IMG/VR virus record: IMGVR_UViG_3300021086_000007
Span: 1 to 49,517 of that record
Length of the DNA stretch: 49,517 nt
Source of the DNA: a virus
Taxonomy: Duplodnaviria; Caudoviricetes
Direction: 5' to 3' (one strand)
The position numbers and the translations under genes are program-made. The notes under the pieces are model-generated. The model made no database searches. It was not told the origin of the DNA and saw nothing but the letters and a program-made list of their open reading frames with translations. Shown here piece after piece: positions 35,383 to 43,930 of this stretch. The number at the start of each line of letters is the position of its first letter. Position 1 is the first letter of the stretch.

Positions 35383-36605
35383 ATCAGGCTCCCATCCTCA
35401 TCCACATCCGGCACCTCAGCCTTAAAGAATCTCTGCCCTGTGCGGAAATCTTGTTTCACCACCTTAAGCCTTCCCCCTAGAATCATAATCTGTACTACTC
35501 TTTCTATGGAATGGAGCGGTACACGGTCCTTGGCGAAGTTGATGATCTTCCTTTCTATCACAGGACCCCGCACTTGCATCGTCAGGACATGATGGAAGAT
35601 CTCATCCATCGCCTTTCCATCCGCATTTCCCGCCCCGGCCTTGAAGATATCCGGCATATGCTGCTCTGCCTCAGTCATCCAATTCATCGCACGATTGAAG
35701 TCATCGCGGGTGAGCACCAGCAAGTCTGATCGCTCAATCGCTGACACCATACTGAGCTTGTAGAGGTGTACACGCCGTCGCGTTCCATAGTGTATGAGCT
35801 TGGGGTGTGACACGACGGGGGGCTCGCCAAGCTTTCGCCATGTGTTAACACAATCTCTGTATTCCTCAGTGACCTTGAACTGGCCCACCAAGCCGCTGAT
35901 AGATTTAAGATCATGGATAAGATCAGGGCTAAGGGAAGTATCCACGCCCGGAGCAAAGTCGTCGCCGATTGTTCTTTCATCTGAAAACACCATTATTATT
36001 CGTGAGGTGAACCCTTGCTCCCATGCCGTTTCTGGCATGTAATGGAGAAGGTTGGAGGGGGTTGTACCGACGATGAGATTGAGTTGGGGCCGTTTCATTT
36101 TGATATTGAGATCATTGTTGCGACGGGTCTGGCCATAGGCCTTAGGGTCATAGAACGCAGACATCGTCCCGATTGCTTCTTCATCGTAGGCCTTCATGAA
36201 AGCCGAAAGCTCATCCGCGGTTATGTACATAGAGTTGTATTCAATCGGCCCGTCCGGTTCTGGAAGCATAGCAGTGCGCTTGTTCTTGGTAAGCGCATCT
36301 ATCATCGAAGACGCTGACATGGAAGTAGGGGCCATCGGAGCCCCTTCTAGTGTCATGTAATAATCCCGGGCGCGGTAGATACTTCGTGTTTTGCCGGTGC
36401 CCGGATGTCCTATAAGAGCACAGTATAGATTGGCGTGAAGCTTATCCCCACCCGAGACAACGTAAACGCGTTGCTCTAAGGTAGCCGCGACCATCGAAAT
36501 CGCGGCCCACTTCCTAAAAATGCGGGGGCTCTCAAGGGCCTCAGTGCTTTCGATGAAGGAGTCTATGAATGACCGACACTTTCGGCTGGCGTCGCCGTTC
36601 GTCAT
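35379..36605 (-). CDS. DUF3987-like AAA+ ATPase (putative replicative helicase; no primase domain seen)
   Basis: ESPRIFRKWAAIS.VAATL.., Walker A GHPGTGKT, Walker B ITADELSAF, GFTSR and a C-terminal winged-helix-like region. Confidence 0.8.
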   Translation of the reverse strand: MTNGDASRKCRSFIDSFIESTEALESPRIFRKWAAISMVAATLEQRVYVVSGGDKLHANLYCALIGHPGTGKTRSIYRARDYYMTLEGAPMAPTSMSASSMIDALTKNKRTAMLPEPDGPIEYNSMYITADELSAFMKAYDEEAIGTMSAFYDPKAYGQTRRNNDLNIKMKRPQLNLIVGTTPSNLLHYMPETAWEQGFTSRIIMVFSDERTIGDDFAPGVDTSLSPDLIHDLKSISGLVGQFKVTEEYRDCVNTWRKLGEPPVVSHPKLIHYGTRRRVHLYKLSMVSAIERSDLLVLTRDDFNRAMNWMTEAEQHMPDIFKAGAGNADGKAMDEIFHHVLTMQVRGPVIERKIINFAKDRVPLHSIERVVQIMILGGRLKVVKQDFRTGQRFFKAEVPDVDEDGSLI

Positions 36606-38049
36606 GGCCTTCGTAGTCTTTGAGCCCGTCGGAATTCGTTTCTGCATTCCAGTCGCCTTTGTTCCACCCTGTTTTGCAGTCGTAGGGAATGCTTAACGAA
36701 CGGCCGTGCTGAAGCGGGATCTCCTCCATGAGCATTTCTTGAAGTTGTGGAACGATTTCATCTTCATCTTCCTCGCGATACATAAAGGTTAAAGCATCAT
36801 GATCCTGCATGGACACGAGACAAATCCTCTTGCGCCAGATTTTGAGCATGGCTCTGTTTACAATGTCGGCAAGTGAGCCTTGTGGATTATATGCAATTCC
36901 TTCACGTTGGGTCGAAGGATCGTTACGCCTTCCAAAGAACCACCGTTTGCGCCCAGTAAGCGTAATAAGGAATCCAACTCGTTGGAGTTGATCATTGGTC
37001 CACTCGTGCCATCGTAGATGAGCAGGGAAAGCGTGGAAGTATTTTGGTTGAAATCCAATGACGACTGGCTCGGGGAGGTTGGTTTGCATGGCGAGGGTTG
37101 CAGGTTGGCCTCCATAGTTGCTTCCGTGTCCAAGTTTCTTACACATGAAACGGTATGAGTAATGACGATAGAATGGTCGCTCAGCAATTGCTTTGTCTCT
37201 TCGGAGATCACCTGTCCAACCAAGTCCTGGCCAACATATTCTAGCAACAGCTGTGTGCACGTCCCCAGATTCGACAGCATCTAAATATCTCCAATCGTTA
37301 AAAAGGTTTCCCTCAATGGCTCCGACGCAGTAGCTCTCTCCTGCCTTTGCGTCGAACTTGGCAAACTTCCATCCACAATCACTGATGAAAACGCTTCTAA
37401 GGCTTTCCTCCACGTTCTGTAAATTTCCGCCTGTGCCAAATTCCGAGTAGCTAGAGCTAAAGCGACCAGTATTTGTTCCTGAGATATTGTAGCTTGTTCT
37501 AATTCGTCCATCTGGATCGACTCCGGTTCTAAGAAAATCTATCTTCTTTGCTAGTTCACGCATGGTGAGAAGGTGGTTAATGATCGGCTTGGCCGCGAGA
37601 AAGATCTGCATCTTCTCTAGAGCCTTGTGATCGGTGGTAGGGCGGCCTTGTTTGCGGATGGTTGGGATGCCGAGGTAGCCGAAGAAGAGCTTTTGCAGAT
37701 CGGAGTTGGAGCGCCAAGAGAAGGTTGGCATACCGACTCCGTCCAGGACAATCTGTTCTAGTTGTCCTTCGAGTTGGTCGATCTTATCAGTGTAGAGGTT
37801 GATGACTTCCTGTCTTCGACCCTGATCCACCAAGATACCCCGCAGTTGCATTTCAAGAACTGGCCCTTGTAGCGCGCGAGAAAAGGCATAGGTAGGGGCA
37901 GTGTGCTCGTCCAGCTGAGGGAGGAGGACTTCAAGGATTTCAGCTGTGACGCAACAGTCTAAACCACAGTATATGCTCTCTCTTTCGTCATGATTATGGA
38001 GATCCTCCGGTTCACATTCATGAGTGTTAACTATTCTCATCAATCCCAA
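36541..38049 (-). CDS. polA: Family A DNA polymerase, polymerase subunit (carries only ExoIII of the proofreading domain)
   Basis: ExoIII YCGLD, TNTGRFSS, NLQN, motif A DAKAGE, motif B RFMCKKLGHGSNYG, NPQGSLAD and motif C QDHDAL. Confidence 0.93.
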   Translation of the reverse strand: MGLMRIVNTHECEPEDLHNHDERESIYCGLDCCVTAEILEVLLPQLDEHTAPTYAFSRALQGPVLEMQLRGILVDQGRRQEVINLYTDKIDQLEGQLEQIVLDGVGMPTFSWRSNSDLQKLFFGYLGIPTIRKQGRPTTDHKALEKMQIFLAAKPIINHLLTMRELAKKIDFLRTGVDPDGRIRTSYNISGTNTGRFSSSYSEFGTGGNLQNVEESLRSVFISDCGWKFAKFDAKAGESYCVGAIEGNLFNDWRYLDAVESGDVHTAVARICWPGLGWTGDLRRDKAIAERPFYRHYSYRFMCKKLGHGSNYGGQPATLAMQTNLPEPVVIGFQPKYFHAFPAHLRWHEWTNDQLQRVGFLITLTGRKRWFFGRRNDPSTQREGIAYNPQGSLADIVNRAMLKIWRKRICLVSMQDHDALTFMYREEDEDEIVPQLQEMLMEEIPLQHGRSLSIPYDCKTGWNKGDWNAETNSDGLKDYEGHDERRRQPKVSVIHRLLHRKH

Positions 38050-38267
38050 CTCTCATAGCCGCGCTGTTCTAACCATTGTTTAGCTTCCTCTCGTAATTCT
38101 TCAGGCAACTTAGAGCATGCAGTTATCATCTTCTTCCGGGCAATCTCAGCAACTAGATCATTAGAGAATGTCTGCCCTTTAGACAGGGCGTAATCAATAA
38201 ACACAGCTAAATTATCCCGGAGTAAAACAGCGTCACGTTCTTGATTGTATTGCTCTATCGTCTGCAT
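38040..38267 (-). CDS. Small hypothetical protein separating the two polymerase parts
   Basis: 75-aa ORF, AT-richer, coupled to the upstream gene. Confidence 0.7.
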   Translation of the reverse strand: MQTIEQYNQERDAVLLRDNLAVFIDYALSKGQTFSNDLVAEIARKKMITACSKLPEELREEAKQWLEQRGYESWD

Positions 38268-39376
38268 CAGCTATCCCTCTTAATTGTCTTACTATTCCTA
38301 TATTCCGTCTTCCAGGCATGGTGATCTGTATAGATCGAACCTAAGTACCCGAGTCCTTTAAGACTCTCCGGCTGTAAAGCATGGTGGAGGAGCATGGTAT
38401 CATGGGCGGCTCCCAGCACTCTGATTCCTGTTGTTCTGAGGATAAACGGGATGTCGTACAATCCGTTTTGGAAGAGCTTAGGGATTGATTGATCCTCAAG
38501 CACCTGACGTATAAGTTCCCAACATGATCGTTCAGCTTTCGCAGTCTCCCAATAGCTACCACTCTTCCTTCGGGAGTCATGGAACGGAATAACCAAAGCA
38601 AGGTCTGGTCGGGGAGCAAATCCAATGCGCGTAATTTGCTGACCACTTGTTTCAATATCAACCGAAAGGATCTTGCACCCACGGACGTATCTACGCCAGA
38701 AGATGCGGATTTCAGCGAGCGACGGGTCGACCCAGATGGTACATGGAGGCCGCGTGACATTTGGGGTATCCTTTTCTTTCAAGATCTTTGATAGATCAGC
38801 TACGGTTGTTGGTCTGAGTTCCCACTGTCTTGTGACGGCGGAAGGATGATAAGTAAGCAGAAGCTTATAGCCTGCAACGCAATGAGTGCTAACACAAGTC
38901 GTACCCCGTAGCTTGGTGATACCAGTCCGACCAGCCATAGCCCAAAGAGCACTGTTGCCGAGACAGACAATAAGATTTGGATCCCCCTGAAGTATCTCGT
39001 CACCAAGGCGGTCAAGTTCATGCTGGAATTCCTTCCTTACGTACTTTGATTTCTGCAAGATCGGATACCCAGCGATACCCTCAGCCTTGCCTCCGCAGAA
39101 GTGGAGAAGGTCGTTGCCGGGCGGATGCTGTTGGAAGACATTAGTACGGTACAATTCGGGGTGAAGGTCCCATATCGCGGCGAGGGTCCATGGGTCCTTC
39201 GTCCGGTGGTATTTGGAGAGGTAGGATCGGTCTTCAGAAGTGAGGGTTATTACGCCAGCGTCATTTAGCATACGTAGTAGCTCGGCCCCTGTTGCCCCGA
39301 CGAAGCCCTTGCCGATCTTCTTTTCATTCTCGCCTTGGGCTTCGCCAATAAAGAATATAGGCTTACTCATCATCAT
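38267..39376 (-). CDS. Uracil-DNA glycosylase (family 4-like) fused to a partial 3'-5' exonuclease (N-terminal half of the split PolA)
   Basis: GEAQG.NE...FVGATG, TNV, PNLIVCLG and TYHPS are UDG-like. SVDIET is ExoI, QNGLYD is ExoII, followed by DTML.HH. Confidence 0.88.
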   Translation of the reverse strand: MMMSKPIFFIGEAQGENEKKIGKGFVGATGAELLRMLNDAGVITLTSEDRSYLSKYHRTKDPWTLAAIWDLHPELYRTNVFQQHPPGNDLLHFCGGKAEGIAGYPILQKSKYVRKEFQHELDRLGDEILQGDPNLIVCLGNSALWAMAGRTGITKLRGTTCVSTHCVAGYKLLLTYHPSAVTRQWELRPTTVADLSKILKEKDTPNVTRPPCTIWVDPSLAEIRIFWRRYVRGCKILSVDIETSGQQITRIGFAPRPDLALVIPFHDSRRKSGSYWETAKAERSCWELIRQVLEDQSIPKLFQNGLYDIPFILRTTGIRVLGAAHDTMLLHHALQPESLKGLGYLGSIYTDHHAWKTEYRNSKTIKRDS

Positions 39377-39542
39377 TAGGCTCTATTGTGTCGGTTTCAA
39401 GCCATTTGATTAGGCCATCAAATTGCCGAGCAGGCATTCCCAATTCTATTGCCTTAACTTGAAAATCAATGGAATCAATCACACCATACTCCCAATCCTC
39501 CAGTAATCGATAGAAGTCATTACTTCGAATCGAACGCATCAT
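39363..39542 (-). CDS. Small acidic hypothetical protein (59 aa)
   Basis: MMRSIRSNDFYRLLEDWEYG..., ATGA-coupled. Not in the ORF track. Confidence 0.55.
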   Translation of the reverse strand: MMRSIRSNDFYRLLEDWEYGVIDSIDFQVKAIELGMPARQFDGLIKWLETDTIEPNDDE

Positions 39543-39970
39543 CGTTGTCCCTGCAATCTTCGAATCTCATCATCTAGATACCACTGAGCCTTCTTCAGGT
39601 TCTCCACCGGGTCGCCCTTGTCCTGATAGCGCCAGATGTACTTGATGGCGTTCCCTACGTTGAAGTTGAGGTGTCGGGTGACTTCGATACACTCAATCCC
39701 TGACGGATGACGGCGATAGTGTGAAGGATTGATCGGGTCATCGGCCATGGTCTCAACACTGACGGCTTCTTCGCCAGACACCGTTGTATGGTTCTGTGAC
39801 TCCTGTGCATCACTTTCACCAGATAACATATGGACCGGCCTTCGACGTAGGCGCGGCGCACCAAACATTTGTCCAGCGGCGTCATGTGTTTGCGGGTCTG
39901 GCGCGAGCGCGGTGAGGCCATCCACCATCTCCTTTTCCATTTCGTTAGTGAGTTGGAAGGGTTTTGTCAT
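39539..39970 (-). CDS. DUF3310 (T7 gp1.7/SaV-like) domain protein
   Basis: DPINPSHY...IECIE...FNVGNAIKYIWR...KG..VENLKKAQWYL. The N-terminal extent is uncertain. Confidence 0.85.
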   Translation of the reverse strand: MTKPFQLTNEMEKEMVDGLTALAPDPQTHDAAGQMFGAPRLRRRPVHMLSGESDAQESQNHTTVSGEEAVSVETMADDPINPSHYRRHPSGIECIEVTRHLNFNVGNAIKYIWRYQDKGDPVENLKKAQWYLDDEIRRLQGQR

Positions 39971-39984
39971 CTTTGGCTCCGTAA

Positions 39985-40023
39985 AGGAAAAAAGGGAAGG
40001 GAGACATTTGCGTCCTCCCTTCC
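39985..40023 (-). terminator. Rho-independent terminator
   Basis: GGAAGGGAG/CTCCCTTCC stem followed on the - strand by CTTTTTTCC. Confidence 0.7.
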
Positions 40024-40097
40024 AGTTAGCCCGGTCTCAACGACACCGGGCGGGAGGCCTCAAGGCAGAGATTGGCGTTCTGCCTTGAGGGAACTAG

Positions 40098-40277
40098 TTA
40101 ATTATAGGACATGTCAGAGACCATCTTTAAGATAAGATCTTCGATCTTGTCTTTGGCATCGAGTAGTTTCTTAGCTCTACCGTCCAAGCAGGCCTTAGCC
40201 AGCCGACTATGAATGTGTATCAATTCGGTGAGATGATAAGTGTCATCAGGCACTGGGTTTGTGGTATCTTGATCCAT
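40098..40277 (-). CDS. Small hypothetical protein (59 aa)
   Basis: MDQDTTNPVPDDTYHLTELIHIHSRLAK..., starts right after the upstream stop. Confidence 0.5.
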   Translation of the reverse strand: MDQDTTNPVPDDTYHLTELIHIHSRLAKACLDGRAKKLLDAKDKIEDLILKMVSDMSYN

Positions 40278-40279
40278 TA

Positions 40280-40726
40280 TTAACTTACCCGTGCTGTAGA
40301 GCCAACCTTCGAATACACCCGCTTGCCATCATCACTCGCCTCATGCTTGATGTTGATGATGACCTCCGAGTTCGGCACGTCGTCGAGGCCTTCTGCAATT
40401 GAGCGGCCGGTAAGGTCCACACCGCAATTGATAATGAACTCTTTCAACATGTTCGCGGACTTCTCCGTGATATAGAAAGTGTTGTCCACTTCCTGTCCGG
40501 CGATGGTTTCGCCATCCTGCTGAAACTCAGCGATGGTATCTGGATCCACATCATCGAGAGGAGCGATGATCTTATGGGTGAACTTGAGGAAGTCTGTTTT
40601 CTTCTTTGAGCTTTGACCCTGCTCTGGCAAGCCCACCACAATCGTATGATAGGACCCCATCGGCAACACCGCCGGAGGTTTAATGTCTTCAGAAGGACGG
40701 TTCAAGATGTCTTGGAAATTAGCCAT
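40280..40726 (-). CDS. Putative single-stranded DNA-binding protein (OB-fold, DUF669-like)
   Basis: True start MANFQDIL. P.VLP.G.Y...V...FY.T....MLKEF...I.IKH. Located in the nuclease/AAA_24 recombination module. Confidence 0.6.
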   Translation of the reverse strand: MANFQDILNRPSEDIKPPAVLPMGSYHTIVVGLPEQGQSSKKKTDFLKFTHKIIAPLDDVDPDTIAEFQQDGETIAGQEVDNTFYITEKSANMLKEFIINCGVDLTGRSIAEGLDDVPNSEVIINIKHEASDDGKRVYSKVGSTARVS

Positions 40727-40748
40727 TTGGTCACGCTTTCGTAAGGGG

Positions 40749-40964
40749 TTAGATTTCGGCAACATCGTCTGGATTGACGAAGTTAGGGGTAGGCTTAGCT
40801 GGCCTTCGTGGCCATTGGTTCTCCTTTTCTTGCTCTTTGCGGAAGGCTTTGATTTCCTCGTGGAGTAATATCTCAACGGCGTCGCACAGGACTCCTGATT
40901 TAGGGCCGTGAGATAACGCCTCAAGGGCGATGGATAGGTTCTTGATTCGGAGGGTTGCATCCAC
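40749..40964 (-). CDS. Small hypothetical protein
   Basis: GTG start just after the upstream stop; C-terminal part of ORF 40749..41096. Confidence 0.55.
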   Translation of the reverse strand: MDATLRIKNLSIALEALSHGPKSGVLCDAVEILLHEEIKAFRKEQEKENQWPRRPAKPTPNFVNPDDVAEI

Positions 40965-40965
40965 T

Positions 40966-41226
40966 TCAATCACCTGCCTGAACGTCAGAAGGCAGTTGCA
41001 CCCGATTGGGCTGGAAGATCGCTCGATTGATTGCCATGAAGGCTTCTTCGATATGGGTTCGACCGATGGCAAGCCAGCGCTGGTCGACACTGGCAAGGCC
41101 TTTCATCCCATCCAGCACCCGAAGAATCTCCTCTTCATGGCGTTTGTTGGCGTTGACTCGTTGCACTTTCTCCTCGCTCTGTGGCTTGTAGCCTTCCACA
41201 GGTAGGCCTTGGTGTTCAGTCATCAA
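40966..41226 (-). CDS. acb2: Acb2-like anti-CBASS cyclic-nucleotide sponge
   Basis: GY...SEE....N..K and RWLAIGRTHIEEAFMAINRAIFQP match the recalled Acb2 family pattern (GYR.LS.E.I...N..K; RWLAIGKT.IQ.G.MA..RAIAQP). Confidence 0.8.
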   Translation of the reverse strand: MMTEHQGLPVEGYKPQSEEKVQRVNANKRHEEEILRVLDGMKGLASVDQRWLAIGRTHIEEAFMAINRAIFQPNRVQLPSDVQAGD

Positions 41227-42089
41227 ACTCTCCTCTGCATCACTATCGCCTTTGGCTTCACCTGTGGTGCGGCAGGCACAGATGCTAACGCAGCGGGTTT
41301 GCCGCGTAGGGTTTGGAAGATCGTCGCGAGGCCATCATCTGCGGGGAGGGTCTTTGCTTCCACCTTAGCTGGCATGGCGAGATCAATCATTACATCGCTT
41401 TCAAGTTGAAGCGTTCGCTTCCCTCCAAGGTTCTTCAACCTGATATAAACCGGGAAGTACTGTGGAATCTTCGGTGAGAGCTTCTGCCCCACCCCTTGCG
41501 GGAAGATCTTGGAAGTCTTATCCGGCAACTCCATATACTGCCCATGACATATAACGATGACGTTGGTCTGGAAGGTCTTCGAAGTGAGGTTCGAGAGAAC
41601 CATCTCCACTGCGTCCTGCGCCTGACCATAGATGGCGCGGCCGTCGACCTCACCGGACTTCCCGGCCTTTGCTATCGAAGCGTGGAAGTCATAAGCTGCG
41701 TCACATAGGCGAGAGAGGGAGTCTACAACAAGGATGCAATCTGGTCCCCACTCTTTAGGCTTGCCCAGATCCACTTCGTCATACTTCCAGTTATCTAACA
41801 TTTTCATCGCAGCAACGAAAGCCTTTGCGGCGCCGTCGAGGACCATGCCGGTAGGCCCGACTTTGTAGTCGTCCCGGAGAGTACGGAACTCTACATTGTC
41901 GAGTTGCTTAGAGCATTCAACAAGGAGCTTTTCCTTCAACGAATCTAGGAGGTTGTCGAAGTCCAAGATGCGGAGCTTATACCCTGCCTTAACAAGGGAC
42001 CAAAGTGCGGTGGTCTTACCTGACTTGGAGTCACCAAGAAACAAGACCTTAGTGAATTGATTAGATTGGTGTTGAGCTAGGCTTGGCAA
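41223..42089 (-). CDS. AAA_24 / Sak4-like ATPase (recombination)
   Basis: KVLFLGDSKSGKT, ILDFDN, ILVVDSLS, VIVICH and P...GQKL...IPQYF. Confidence 0.8.
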   Translation of the reverse strand: MPSLAQHQSNQFTKVLFLGDSKSGKTTALWSLVKAGYKLRILDFDNLLDSLKEKLLVECSKQLDNVEFRTLRDDYKVGPTGMVLDGAAKAFVAAMKMLDNWKYDEVDLGKPKEWGPDCILVVDSLSRLCDAAYDFHASIAKAGKSGEVDGRAIYGQAQDAVEMVLSNLTSKTFQTNVIVICHGQYMELPDKTSKIFPQGVGQKLSPKIPQYFPVYIRLKNLGGKRTLQLESDVMIDLAMPAKVEAKTLPADDGLATIFQTLRGKPAALASVPAAPQVKPKAIVMQRRV

Positions 42090-42273
42090 GGAGCACCTCC
42101 GTGTAATAGGTTAAAAGATCCCCATCTTTGATATCGTAAAGATGCATGTGATTTAGTTGAATGGTCATAGTGGTAGACCCACCCATCCCGACTTTTATGT
42201 AATCAGGCCCGCGTTCGATGACACGGAATTTCCCTAAAGGAAGGATAGCACGGAGTTCATTCATGTCCTTCAT
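42061..42273 (-). CDS. Small hypothetical protein
   Basis: Overlapping ORF in the operon. Confidence 0.6.
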   Translation of the reverse strand: MKDMNELRAILPLGKFRVIERGPDYIKVGMGGSTTMTIQLNHMHLYDIKDGDLLTYYTEVLLAKPSSTPI

Positions 42274-42448
42274 TCCTAAATATAATCCTAACTCTATCTC
42301 CTACGGCCCAAGTAGGCACCGCGCGAAATAAGATCGGAACTTTGTAACAATCAAACCAAACATTGAATCCATCCTCCCAAGGTTCAATCTTTGTTATAAA
42401 AGTAGTGTCTCCGTGTTCGGTCCTTAACGGGTCTTGAGTGGATTCCAT
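42257..42448 (-). CDS. Small hypothetical protein
   Basis: Overlapping ORF with a W.VGDRV.I pattern. Confidence 0.55.
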   Translation of the reverse strand: MESTQDPLRTEHGDTTFITKIEPWEDGFNVWFDCYKVPILFRAVPTWAVGDRVRIIFRNEGHE

Positions 42449-43383
42449 CTTTCATCCTCAGGTAGTTGTATGAAGTCACTCTTCAAATAATGCTCCCGAA
42501 CGGAAGGGTTTTTAGAGCAGATATCGCGGAAGCGGCAGCCTCCATACATCCCACAGGATTGATCGTTCTGGGGCCAATGCTGCGCTTCCGCGAATGCTTC
42601 AGCCGCGTTGAGCCAATACTCCAAATCGACAAGCCATTCGTCGATAAGGTCATCGCTTCGATAGGTGAACCCGCGAGCGAAGCGGGTGGTGAATTGCTCA
42701 AGGCCTATCTGTGCCCCCTCTATAACAATCCCCTTCACCTCCATATCCATCACCACCTTCCCGGCAAAGGTGTAGAGGGTCATTTGGTTGTTTGGCGCGA
42801 AGCCTTTGAACCAATAATCTCCTATCGTAGATTGCGAAGTCTTGTGATCCACGACGAAGACATTGTCGTTTATGGTGACAACCCGGTCGAGATGGCCACA
42901 GAGGAGATACTGAACGTCAGGGTACGAAGTGGGGCCGAAGTCGAGTTCGAACTTGAACGAGAGTTCTACCGCCGGTCGGCCATTTTCTAAGATGATGGTT
43001 TTCGCGGCGTCCTCACGATAGTTATCGAAATAATCCACCACTAATTGAAGCAAGGTCTTGGGGTTTTTGTAAGTTCCAGCTTTGGTAGAAGTGTCCGGAT
43101 CCCAATCTTTGATCCTCACCAGCAGTTGGCGCAGTGTCTCGCGCATAGCATCCTCGAACTGAAGCCCGTTGGCGCGGAAGTTTTCGAAGTCTTGAATCGC
43201 GGAGTGATATTCAGCTCCGAAACGAAGGTGGATGTTTTCATCCTTCGCGACGTAGCCATCGATTATGGCGTATTTGTAGTATTGGGGGCATTGTTTGAGA
43301 GCACCGAGGCATGTAGAGTCCCACGCGATGCGAAGGTGGGTTCCGGGCAGGTATTGGGCAGAGGGCATGGCTACTACATTCAT
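42424..43383 (-). CDS. PD-(D/E)XK exonuclease (RecB/AddB/Cas4-like, probable Fe-S cysteines)
   Basis: KQCP, FG..YH, VELSF, GHLDR...VVDHKT, QMTLY and C-terminal C.....C.FRDIC. Confidence 0.88.
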   Translation of the reverse strand: MNVVAMPSAQYLPGTHLRIAWDSTCLGALKQCPQYYKYAIIDGYVAKDENIHLRFGAEYHSAIQDFENFRANGLQFEDAMRETLRQLLVRIKDWDPDTSTKAGTYKNPKTLLQLVVDYFDNYREDAAKTIILENGRPAVELSFKFELDFGPTSYPDVQYLLCGHLDRVVTINDNVFVVDHKTSQSTIGDYWFKGFAPNNQMTLYTFAGKVVMDMEVKGIVIEGAQIGLEQFTTRFARGFTYRSDDLIDEWLVDLEYWLNAAEAFAEAQHWPQNDQSCGMYGGCRFRDICSKNPSVREHYLKSDFIQLPEDERWNPLKTR

Positions 43384-43644
43384 TTAAAACCTCCTGGTGA
43401 AGCCTTTTGAGGGTGCTGATGGAGTGGTCGGCGCGGCCGGTTTCGCTATCTTATTCATCAGTGCCTTAATATCCACTGCTGGTGCTTCGCCTGTTGCTTT
43501 CTTCGTCCGGCCTCCGGCTTCACGCTGCATCCGTTGCTTGCGTTGATACGCAATTATGCGGTCGAGGTCTTGCTTCGTCAGATCCTCTGGGTCGAGGGAC
43601 ATAAGGGCGGTTAGATCAGTTGGAGGTTCGGGGATGTCAGTCAT
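43384..43644 (-). CDS. Small hypothetical protein
   Basis: 86-aa ORF with GAGG RBS. Confidence 0.7.
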   Translation of the reverse strand: MTDIPEPPTDLTALMSLDPEDLTKQDLDRIIAYQRKQRMQREAGGRTKKATGEAPAVDIKALMNKIAKPAAPTTPSAPSKGFTRRF

Positions 43645-43702
43645 TTACTGCCCTCGGATAGATGGTGAACTCTGCTGAGACGTTCTTAACATGACGCGTC
43701 TG

Positions 43703-43930
43703 TCATTCTAACTCTGTTGTTTTCTTCGCTATGAAAAGCACGTTCGGTGGGTTGGGTTGGAATATCATAAGGTTGTCAAACCCCCCGCTTTGCTTCCTGC
43801 ATTCATAAAGGGCGTTTACTAAAAGGCGCTTGTCTCCTTCGCTGGCGCATTCGACGAGGAGGCCGAATTCTAGCGCCGCGGCCTCTTCCCAGAAGTTCAG
43901 GTAAGAGAGTGGGTTGGCTTTAGTTGTCAT
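43703..43930 (-). CDS. Small hypothetical protein
   Basis: ATGA-coupled start MTTKANPL. Confidence 0.65.
   Translation of the reverse strand: MTTKANPLSYLNFWEEAAALEFGLLVECASEGDKRLLVNALYECRKQSGGFDNLMIFQPNPPNVLFIAKKTTELE

Noticed and set aside
38040-38267. Group I intron or intein interrupting polA
   Set aside because: The gap is only about 220 nt and is filled by an ordinary ORF. No P/Q/R/S elements, homing-nuclease motifs or C...HN intein termini are visible.
40727-40969. N-terminal extension of ORF 40280..40969
   Set aside because: It overlaps a separate small gene in another frame. The SSB-like protein more plausibly starts at MANFQDIL (40726).
35379-41226. Modified-base (dZ, hmU, 7-deazaguanine) pathway suggested by the odd PolA and UDG
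   Set aside because: No PurZ, dUMP hydroxymethylase, Que/DpdA or glycosyltransferase genes were recognised.
42424-43383. Cas4 as part of a CRISPR system
   Set aside because: It is a stand-alone PD-(D/E)XK nuclease in a typical phage recombination module with AAA_24 and an SSB-like gene. No array or other cas genes are present.
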